Source: Tubiluchus corallicola
Lineage: Eukaryota; Animalia; Priapulida
DNA: 64,000 nucleotides
Reading direction: 5' to 3'
Assembly: GCA_030141605.1 (NCBI GenBank)
Contig: JAQGDQ010000180.1
Coordinates: 372,696 to 436,695 of the forward strand
The notes beneath the pieces were generated by a model that searched no databases, was not told the origin of the DNA, and worked only from the letters and a program-made list of their open reading frames with translations. Every line of letters begins with the position of its first letter. Within the stretch, counting starts at the first letter, position 1. The position numbers were made by a program, and so were the translations under genes. This document shows positions 17,901 to 29,900 of this stretch, piece by piece.

Positions 17901-20900
17901 CGGTTGACATCAAGCTTGGACTCGTCAGTCTGATAAAACTGAACTTCAAACCATCTTCTATTCCTTATGACAAGTCTTTTGGGCTCGATACCAACAGAAT
18001 TCCGAAATATTTCCAGATTGGACCACACTACGAAGTCATGGAGGTAACATTATTTATACAATTACTAAGAATGGCTAAGCAACTTCGAATGATTTCAAAA
18101 AATGTGTTTCATTCAAATTTTGTGTCGCAATCTACAAGTTTCTGCCGTTTCTAACCGTCACATCTCCCACTTCTCAGGAAAGCATTGAGGGACGCTGCAA
18201 GACAGCTTACACTGTGACACCAGTCGGATACGAGCAGGAAACCTACCAGGAAGTCCCATTCCCAGGAATGAGAGTAACGAAGATCAGAGATTACAAGACC
18301 TGCCAGGAGAGATCCCACAACTTCCAGACACTTTTCAAAGGTCTTCCATGCTTTACTGGATCAGAGAGGCAGTGCTTTAGAGAATACGATAAGGTAAATG
18401 AACTTCTCTGAAGTGAAGTAACAGATTTACTTTGACAGATTCAAAAAAGGCAAAACTGAAAATTAAACGTTTTCCTTTTGATTGCTTTGCTTCGTTGAGT
18501 GGTAAAATAAGTGACTTAAAATGCTTAAAATGCCATACGGAAATTAACGTCTTTGTTTTGTGCATGTGAACATGCAATAATATACCACTGTTTTACCTAG
18601 ATACCTGTCCTTAAGTCTGCTAGCCAAGCTAGTTACATGCTCACTGGAGACACAAATGGTTTCCTTATCCAGAAGGCTTATTCTACTGGTCAGTACGTCT
18701 ACACACCGTATAAGGATGAAAGCCAAGGCAACGCCATCTCCTACACCATGTACGTTCGAATTTAATCTCTACTTGTTGAAAAGGTTTACAGACACATAGC
18801 ATTTATCAGATAGTTATGGTATACGTATAGTACAAAAACGCGATTGTTTGTCTTTTCTGTCTAGTCAGCGCATGAATCTTATTGGCTCTGGACCAATCAG
18901 CAGCCATATTGAACAGCCATCCAGGAACAGACACATTAGGTCTTTGATTTCCAAGATGGAGATTAGCCGCGAGGAAGGTCCCACCTACAACCCTTCTTCA
19001 ATGTACACCACAACTGATCAACAGACCAAACAACTGTACAAGAACAAAGTAAGCATCTTCTGGCTAGTAGCTATTAACTGTATCGTAAAGAGTAACTATT
19101 CATTATAGTTGACCATTAACAATATCTTAAAGAGTAACTATTGGATATAGTTAACCATTAACAATATCTTAAAGAGTAACTATTGGATATAGTTAACCAT
19201 TAACAATATCTTAAAGAGTAACTATTGGATATAGTTAACCATTAACAATATCTTAAAGAGTAACTATTGGATATAGTTAACCATTAACAACATCTTAAAG
19301 AGCAACTATTTATTATAATTAACCATTAGCAATCTCTTAGAAGAAAAGCAACCTGTAAGTTTTATAAACTTGAATTATAGTTCCCCAGAAGTTGGTCACT
19401 GATATCCTTTTTAACTTACAGGTTATTGAGCTGCTCAAGAGCTTTGGTTACGAAGTCATGAAGCCCATTCCAAACACCATTGTCCCACAGAAGCTGCGCG
19501 ATATCCAGCGCCACCTGATACAGATGCCACCTGGTGGCCTAAGAGAATTGTACTCTGAGATTGCCACTGGCCGAGTACTGGATAGACAGGTTCAACAGGT
19601 CATCGTGTAAGTAGAGTTCTGTTACTTTGGGAATTTCGAAAAACTTTGTTGACATGAAAGGTCGTTATCATGTCTGAAAATTTTCTACATCAAAATTCTC
19701 ATTTCCTGCTGATGATATCAATATCTTCTCCAACTTTTCGTTATTGCATGAGCTTTTGCGTTTATTTTTCCTCCCTTTTTACAGCGATACTTTGAACGAG
19801 ATTATCCCTGTTCTTGGAACACCGGAATCTGTTGAACTCCTAAAGGAAATTATCACTAACAAGCAAGTGAGCAAAATTCAGGGAATCCAGATGTTCTACC
19901 TGGTTGGAATGGGAGCTCAGCCAATTGAACAGAACTTTGAGATCCTTATGGTAAGAATGTTAAATACATAACCAACAAGGGTCCTACTATAATTCGCATC
20001 AAAAATAATTTTGAATAATTTTATGACAATATAATTTATAATAATGTTAACTGCCATATAGTTTAGTTTAGACATTCCTGCTTCCGTTTTTCTTCTTTTT
20101 CTTCTTCTTGTTTCATTGTTCGTTTTAAAAATTTTCATCGGTTTGTAATGGCTTGTTAATATGAAACAAACACTTTTTTGTAAAAATATTAATAGTGACA
20201 CAGTCGTGTTACCTTATTACAGCAAACCTGTCAAATTATAAGAAACTACAACACCTGGAAGAAGCCATGCTACTTGGCCTTGGCTACTCTTACTAACAAG
20301 ATCTGCGAAATTCCAGAAAACAAGCAATCTCTTAACTTGTGCAGCTATGAGGGATATATGGTAATTATTTATTCAATATCGTTTCGTTGACTTTATAGTA
20401 TTAGAATTATTCTGTTTTAATTTACAGACGCAGAAAATTTGTAAAAGATTTCTGGGCCTTTATAAGCTTATCAAATTCGTAAATTATAGAGGTCACTCAA
20501 CAACTTAAACACTGAAACTTTATCAAATGTTTCTGGTGTGTTTAGTATTCAATTTGTATACTTATTAAATTCGTAAATTACAGAGGTCACTCAACAACTT
20601 AAATACAGAGAATTTATGAAAGGTTTCTGGTGCGTTTAGTATGCCACTTGTATACTTATTAAATTCGTAAATTACAGAGGTCACTCAACAACTTAAACAC
20701 TGAAACTTTATCAAATGTTTCTGGTGTGTTTAGTATTCAAATTGTATACTTATTAAATTCGTAAATTACAGAGGTCACTCAACAACTTAAATACAGAGAA
20801 TTTATGAAATATTTCTGGTGTGTTTAGTATTCAAATTGTATACTTATTAAATTCGTAAATTGCAGAGATCACTCAACAACTTGATGCCCGTCACCGAGGA

Positions 20901-23900
20901 GGAGCTTGAGGAACAGATTCTTATTCTGAAGTCTGTGGGAAACTCAGGACAAGAGCATTTCATCCAGCGTATCAGAACCATCATTCTCCAAACTCGTCGT
21001 CCACTAGAAATCAGACTGCAGGCTGTTTATGCTCTTCGTCGCGTTGCAAGAAAGAACCCAGTCTTGGTGAGTCAATGTTAAAAAGTGATGTCTTCCATTT
21101 AAATGTCTGGCATTTGTTTCTTCAATCCAACTAGAAGAATATAATTAATATTGCTAATGATAAAAAATGTTTCACTTTATATAGTTAAAATCATGTCAAA
21201 CGTTTCGACTGGCTACTGCTGTCATCATCAGTGGTAAATTTACAAATATACAGCCAGTTTATATAGGCAGAACCTACTACACAAAGCAGTTCGATTCCTT
21301 TAACTTTATTTTCAAACATTTAGCTATTTGTTACCAGTATCAGTTTCTTTTCTTCAGTTCTGCTTAATCATTACCTACTTGGCTTTTCTAAATACAAAAT
21401 TCGTGTTTAAGTTGCTGTATCAATTTCTTTACTGCTCTGCTTATTCATTACCTATTTGGTTTCTGTTAACTACATAATTAGCGCATGATAGGCTCTGCCT
21501 ATATAAACTGATTGTATGTTTGTAAATTTACCACTGATGATGTTGATGATGACAGCAGTAGTCTGTCGAAACGTTTGACATAATTTTGATTATGTAAAGT
21601 AAAAGTTTTAGTAAAGTTGTGTTGTTTTCACAATGAAAAGATATTAATCATTTATATAGTCTGGTTCACATTTTATATTGCAAACCCATCATCTTGTAAT
21701 CTGCAAATGTTGTAGTTTGTATGGATCCTATTTTGATGTTGTTTTGCGGTACCAGTTACAATCCTCAAACGGTTACCTAGTGAAAGAGACCCCCTCTTTC
21801 TAATGTGTTTTGCATCTTGCGCAGATTGCGTCAGTACTGTTGCCAGTCTACAAGAACGTCACTGAAGACTACGAGCTTAGAATTGCCGCTTTCTTGACAC
21901 TGATGGAAAGCAAACCAGACAGGACTGTCATCCAAGAATTGGCTCGCAAGCTGAAGTTCGAACCTTCCCTGCAAGTCGGCTCTTTCGTATATTCCTATCT
22001 CACAAGCGTGGCAAACTCAACCTATCCGTGTGCAAGAAGACTGTAAGCATTTAAAACTCAATTTTGTAAAATATATTTTTAGCAAAATCTGTTTCATGTG
22101 TATTTGGCTTATTTTATGTTGCTTTGGCAGTTTTATATCAGGATTGTTGAACTTTTCTACATTTTCTTTTTGTTCTTATTTCAGTGTTAAAGATGTCAAG
22201 ATGGCACTGAAATTTGGCAGAACATTCACCCCTGGAATGCTCTACTCCAAGGGTCTACTTTTTGATTTCTTCCTCGGTAAGACTTTATTTTACTAATTTT
22301 GCAACGAAACTCGTTGAAAATGTTTGAAAATATAACGTGAAGTTGCAGCAAGTGTTCGACTTCCATATGTTCTTTGACGTGGAACAATATATTCACTATA
22401 ATTTAAAACTATTATTCTGAAAAACGTAAGTAAAATCTTTTCAATTTTTATTACAGGCACTTAAATTCTCCTCAGTCCAGCATTAATGGCCATATTTGTG
22501 CCTCTGGCCATTAAGCTGATTTTAATGATTTCAGCATTGTGACCAGAGCTACAAAAAACTGGGACTTATTAATAAAAGAAAATTTATCGATGTACCCTAA
22601 TAAGCCTTCTCTTAATGTACAAAGTAGTTCAATTCCTTTTTAACTTTATTCTCAAACACTTAGCTATTTGATACTGTATCAGTTTCTTTTCTTCAGGTCT
22701 GCTTAATCATTAGCTACTTGGCTTTTCCACAAACATAATTCGTGCTTAAGTTACCCTATCAATTTCTTTACTGCTCTGCTTATAAATTCCCCATTTGGCA
22801 TCTGTCAAATATTTAATTAGTGCATAATAGGCTCTGCTTATATAAACTGGTTGTACGTTTGTAGATTTACCACTGATCATAACAGCAGCGACAGCTTATC
22901 GAAACGTTTGGCATGATTTTAACTTTTTAATGTAAAAGTTTTAACAAAGTTGTGATGTTTTTAACTATAAAATCTCTTTACTTTATGCAGAGAACACTAA
23001 GATGGGACATCAAATCGAAGTCTTTACTATCGGAAGCAAAGAGAGCATCATCCCCAAAGCTGTCACGGCCAAATACAACCATCTAACTAATGGCTACAAG
23101 TTTAACGTGATTGAGGTAACAGTTGCAGAAAACATATAGTATAACAAAAGTTGTAACAGTGGAAAAACCTGTGAGATTTCTGATGTCTAAATAGAATTTT
23201 ATCCATGAGTCATGTAGCTTGACTGGTTATGATGGTTTGGGATGCTGATAGTAAACGTAACAATGTAATTTAATTAATTTTTGTAAATAGTGCTTCTTGT
23301 ACAGGTTGATTTAAAAAGATCAATGTACATTCTGTGAGAAGAAATTGTATTCCCTGATGTAGTCATAGTGGACATTCTTACAAATCTCTTAACACAGGTC
23401 TATAATTGTCCTAGCTCATTGCTGAAATAGAGGTTCATTTAGGACTTTCGTAAATAATAACTCAATTAACAGTATAATTATTTTCTCCTTTGACGAATTC
23501 GTGGTTTTTTAGAACATTAAGCCATGAAGTTGAAGTGCAACCGAAACAGCAGAAAAAATACTAGCTCTTTTAGGTCTTGAGGTCCATTATTCATTAAGAA
23601 ATATGTAATGTTATAACTGTACCTTGTAGGCTGGAGTACGCATGCAAGAAGTTCATTAAGAAATATGTAATGTTATAACTGTACCTTGTAGGCTGGAGTA
23701 CGCATGCAAGGAGTTCATTAAGAAATATGTAATGTTATAACTGTACCTTGTAGGCTGGAGTACGCATGCAAGGAGTTCATTAAGAAATATGTAATGTTAT
23801 AACTGTACCTTGTAGGCTGGAGTACGCATGCAAGGAGTTCATTAAGAAATATGTAATGTTATAACTGTACCTTGTAGGCTGGAGTACGCATGCAAGGAGT

Positions 23901-26900
23901 TCATTAAGAAATATGTAATGTTATAACTGTACCTTGTAGGCTGGAGTACGCATGCAAGGAGTTCATTAAGAAATATGTAATGTTATAACTGTACCTTGTA
24001 GGCTGGAGTACGCATGCAAGGAGTTCATTAAGAAATATGTAATGTTATAACTGTACCTTGTAGGCTGGAGTACGCATGCAGGAAGTTCATTAAGAAATAT
24101 GTAATGTTATAACTGTACCTTGTAGGCTGGAGTACGCATGCAAGGAGTTCATTAAGAAATATGTAATGTTATAACTGTACCTTGTAGGCTGGAGTACGCA
24201 TGCAAGGAGTTCAATCACTTTATGACAACATCTATGGACCACGTGGATCTTGGCCTAACGCACGCTCTCCCTTCGACACAGTCACACGAACACCAAGAAC
24301 TTACGATACCTACTACGACGAGACACTTGAAATTAACAGGAAGGTAAGTGTAAACAACTTCATAGCAATGGCGAATTGAAAGAAATAATTCAATAGTTAA
24401 TTACTGTACAGTTTATTAGAACAAGTGAATAGTTTTTACATAAAATCCCAGAATGTTGTTTACTAAATTTTACGAATGTAAACAACATTCAACGTATAAT
24501 GTGTTTGATATAGTGATATGAAAATAAACTCTATAGTGTTTTCTTGAATAACTTACCAAAGTATATTATGATTATCTGCATGTAAAACTTAGTATGTCTT
24601 GAAAATTCATTAGTTGCAATAATAAAATTTTTATAAACAACATAGTGGAATTTTACTACGTAAGATCAGTTGATTCTCAACATAAATTATTAGATAGCAG
24701 TAATGAATAGTTCAACAATAATTAGACGTGTCATAAGTGGGCTTCGAACGCGTATCTTACATCAGTTTTTTTTCATAGTTGAATATCGTTCACCGTAGAA
24801 CTGAAGTTCCAAAACTGTCTGCCTATCTGAAGCTCTTTGGCAATGAGATCTACTTCGCGAACTTGGACAAGAGAATCTTTGACGAGCTGGTTAACGAAGG
24901 TAAGAAGTTAATTAGCTTGAAAATAAGACACCTCTCTTCTGAGACTAGCGATGGTAATAATTATAAAGAAGAAAAAGTGTTTTAAGTTTCAAAAACTTTT
25001 TTTCAGGAGCTTTCGTCCTTCACGGACTTCATCGGTTGAAACTACTTCATCGGTATAACCTATGAAAGATCTAAGCCATACAAGTAGTTTCAGTTGAAGA
25101 AGTTGATTATAAGAATTTATTTATTTCATGTAAATGAGCTACTACAATATAGAATCAGCACTACAGTAGCACTCTTTCTATGACATGATTATTAATTGTC
25201 CCCCCTACGTTTTTTTAACAGGAACTTTCTCCATCAGCGACATTGAGAGCAGACTGCGTTCTGGTTTTGACATCAGCTTCACAAAAACGCACCCCATAAT
25301 CCACTCTGAGGTGACCATCCCCACTCACGTGGGTCTTCCACTACAACTCCACATTCACGGCAGTGCCATGATTACAAATGTTGGCACCATCAGAACTGAC
25401 TTCCAGCCGTCCTTCTACCGCCAGCAAATGTACACCGTGCCGTCCAACATTGAAGTCATCGCCGATATTAAGCCAAAGTAAGTCATTTGCTATGATTTCA
25501 TTTTCAGTATAGACAATGCGTAAATTGAAGCGTTCGTTAATTGCTGTTTTCGCTGAAGTAATGCCAATTGTAGAGCTGCGGGATGTGTTCGCCGTGTTCA
25601 TTATGTTCATTTTTCTATAACAGTTTGGTATGATTTCTGATTCAATATCAAAATCATATTAAGTACAGGGGCACAGAGAATATGTAGTTTCCGATACGGG
25701 CAAGGGTAAAAGGGCTGTTACAGCACTTTGCGAGACGTGTCTTGTGCCATTTTGGTGGGAATATCTGTGTGGATTCTGAATAAAAGTATCGCGTAGTAAG
25801 TGTGATTTACGTTTAATGCGGATCCGGATGCGGATGTGTTTTCCACATGTGGAACAGCTTGCAGAATGGCCTGTGGAAAAAAATCAATAGGGGTAGCTGC
25901 AAAAAAAGAGTAACGCATGCGCAGACTGCATAAACGGGTGCATTGAAAACGATATAAACCGATTTTGTCTTTTCCGCACCGACAAAACGCATCCGCATCT
26001 TCATGCTACATAAACGCCAATTGAATGAGGTTGTGAAGAAGATATAGTAGTATTATTAATTATAGTTACATCTACGTCCTGAGAACTCACTGAATTACGT
26101 ATTAATTAGTAGTAATGTCATCTTACAGGGTCATGCTAGACGTTGTGGGCAATTTGACCGTGAAACTGGCCACTCTTGAATCTGGTGTAACAGTTAGAGG
26201 CTCTGCAGGCATCCAAGTTCCAATTACAGGAGCCGTCCATGTTGACTTGAACACAATGTCGGTCGTCTCTAACATTGTTCCTATCCAGGTATTATAGTAA
26301 CTTATAACATAAACAATTCATAGACTTCGATTATTTAATGCTTACGATAGCAGCATATTTATGTACAACAGTGAAACATTTGGCTTAGGTATTCTTAAGG
26401 AAAGTTTTAAAGATAAGATGGCCATAAGTAATCGAAAACAAAGATTTATACACCAGAACGAACGAAATTTATAGGAGTTCATAAGTCAAGATCCGAAAAT
26501 TAAGATGGCTAGGACATCTTCTAAGATTACCAAGTGAAGTACCAATAAGAATTGCCTTAAAGGAAGCCTTAAAACCTTGCAAAAACCAATCAGGCAAAAC
26601 CAAAAACTACTTGGAAAGCTAAGATAAATAAAGATGTTCAAAAACTTCAACCAAATCTTTCTTTAGGAGTAGAAGAACTTACACTGCTAGCTGCAGATAG
26701 CAGTGGGTGGAATGCTCTAATAAATGTTGATACCTCAATGCCTACAATAGGTGGAATGAGATTTTGAAGAAGAAGAAGAAGAAACAATTTAAAACAGTTT
26801 GCAAAATAAAAAACATCTTCTTGAATTTACTCCAATGTTCAAACATTACTCGTTCATTGTTTTGTTAAATCATATTGTTTCTTTTCTTTTGTCAGACTGA

Positions 26901-29900
26901 GACTGAAATCATCAGATTAGAGGTTGAACCGGCTACTTTCTTGTCTCACACGCCATTTACTGGACTCCTGCCACAATGCCCAATTGTCAACGTGTACGAA
27001 TATCATCAGCTCATCCCAATCACCGGACGTGAGAGCAGCATCCTGTATCCAGTAAGTTCACTTATATTGTTCTAGAAAAAACCTAAGAAGTTTAGATGAT
27101 TTAGCGACTTCAGTCAGTGTTGAAGTAACGTTTGGTGTTCGTTGACACGCGTGGAACTGGATTTTCGTAAGATTTAAGATCGCAAATAGATTCATATACA
27201 GGGTGTCAGTGCGTAATCGAATTCCATCTTTGAATTTGAGAGAGATATTAAGTGAAAGGAACCTTCAAGAATGTAAAATTTTCATACATCTCGTAAAGGG
27301 TATAATCGTGAAAAGCTATTAGAATGACGATAAATAATGTCGCAAATTTTAGTCTGTGTAAATATTCTGTCTACTTCTTATTTGGGTAAAACCTTATTGT
27401 TAAGTAAAATTTTAATTCTGGTAAAATTAATGAAAAATTTCATACATCGTTTTTGGATATAACCTTATCCATTTAAAAGTTTAACGAAATAAACAATGTT
27501 ATAACGTGTTTTTGTTAAAATCTTCCCTAAAAATAGACGGATTGTAAATAACTTTGTCAAATAAAGATTCGTTATTATATTATTATAATGTACGATCTTT
27601 TCACCACACATCAAAATATCAGCACACTTAGTGAACATTGATTATTATATTTGTTTTGCTTAGATTGATTACCATGCCGAGATCAAGAGCTGGGGCGTCA
27701 AGGTTTTAACAAGAGGAGCTGTGACGACACCCGTAAATGGTGCTGCTTATTATCCACTGAATGGCATCCAAAAACTGTATCTGATTGCCACGCCAATTTA
27801 TCCATCCATACAGAAGGTAACATGGGATCCATTTTCTGTTTATTGTAATGCTGATGGAATAACAGCTTTGTAGTTGTTCAGTAATGTTTTCTAAAATTGG
27901 AGTTTATTTATTTTAAGTTCTGCGACAATATGAAGAGAATGCCACTGGATGGATGACCTGGCTTGAGTTTATGAAAAATGTTGTTGTAAATAGTAGCAGG
28001 TTTAGGGTTGGCGTCTAATTCTTGAGTTATGTGTCGATAATAACAGAGCTGATCCAATAATAGTGTTCTGTGTATGTCATACTTTGAAGACTAAAAAATA
28101 ATGGCGGCGGGGGGGGGGGTCACTCTCAGTCGAACTGTTTCAGCTACATGAAGGGTCATCAATAATACTCCTGGAAAACAAATCACCTTTTAATTGTGAA
28201 AAATTGGCAATGAATCTATTTGTTGAAATCTCATTACTTCGATCATCATTATAATTGGGGCATACTGACACTAGCATTGCAATTTCTTTTGTTGTAATTG
28301 TCTGTGTGATTCCTTTATTCCTAAACATTAAACTTTTTGTCGTGTCTGTATTGAAGAAAAATTCAATTTTCGTTGCAGATTGAACTGAAATTCAGATATG
28401 GTCAAACTCCTAATGATCTCCAGGATCTACGTTACTCGGAAATGACACAACTCAGTCCTTTAAGCTACCTGTCTCACCAGGAGGCAACCAGCAGGTACAT
28501 CTATGCTACCCTCAAGACTTACACTGGATCTCAACCTCAGGTAAGATATTGCCTTCAGTTTGAATACAGTGAATGTTGCTTTCAGCTTTGAGCTTTGGAC
28601 ATTAAAAGCAAATCATAAAGCTGAAATCGATGCGTTTCAAAGGTGAAATTACAGAAACATTTTGGGTGTCATATGGCTAAAGAAAATCTCAAACAAAGAT
28701 CTATATGAAAAAGTAAAAGAAGAACCTTGGACAAGAAAAATAAAAAGACGCCGTTTAAGATGGGTTGGGCAGATGCTTAGACTACCTGCTGATATTCCAG
28801 GAAAGATAGCTCTTCAACAAGCCATAGAACCAGCTAAAAAACCGCAGGAGAACAAATGTTAACATATTTAGAATTTGTACAGGAAAATTTAGACACTTCA
28901 GCATTGATCCTTAGAGATAAATGCACTTGGGATACTGCAGTGAGTAGAGAGTCCTGGCATAGAGAGATGAACAGAATCATGTCCCTGGACGTATGATTCA
29001 TTGAATGATGATGCTTTCAGCCAAGCACCTTTATTTCTTGATTTGTGGGTATGTAAAATTTTTTATCATTTCTCAAAGTTTTGTTGTTTTTGTAGCTAAG
29101 AGAAGAGGTGATAGCTACCTTGCACCATTCACCAATGTGGAGGAAGATCGCAATGGACTTGAAGACGAGCTTCTTGACCAGAGCTGGACGCAAAATCGTA
29201 AGTTTCATCAACAACAAATTAACACATATTTCAAGCAGTTAACTTGGCTTCCCTAACTGTGAATGGCTATAACAGCCAACACTACGGACATATTCGTCTA
29301 AGATTTGGCCTATGTTGTCCTTAATGCTTTCGGAATCTGCAATTATCTAAGACATTGTAGTCAAGAACGTTTGAGTCTTTTATGTTACCTAGATACTAAA
29401 CAAAGCACTGCTGTATTTCTTATGATTTCCGCTTTTATTAAGAGGTTTTCAGACGTCATTTAAGACATCTGTACTGTTTTTAAGCTCTTCTTGACGATTA
29501 TAAATTGTATTTTTTTAGAAAGTTTATTAATTGTTTTGTTAGTTCGTCGTGAAAGGCAACGTGGGATTCCCTGACCTTCCCATTTCCTATTACGAACCAT
29601 ATACCAGCTACCAAGGTCAACTTCCAAGCATGAACGGAGAGTTTGACATCGAATACTACGATCCACGAGGCACAAAAGTAGCAGCTCGAGTCCAGGTAGG
29701 CGACAATTAATGTTCTTCAAAAATTTAAATGTCTTATATAATAAGCTTTTTCACAGCTCCAGTGATTTTATTGATGATCGTGAAAAGGTCAGAGGTTAAG
29801 TGTACCAGACAACGCGTTTGTATACACTAGACAATGCCTGGCAGGCCAATGCTGTTGCAATAGTAACCGTTTTAACAGCTAGCTAGAACCTTACCTGGCT

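Noticed and set aside
23590-24213. CRISPR-like appearance of the regular arrays
   Set aside because: Units are contiguous with no unique spacers, the context is eukaryotic, and there are no cas genes.
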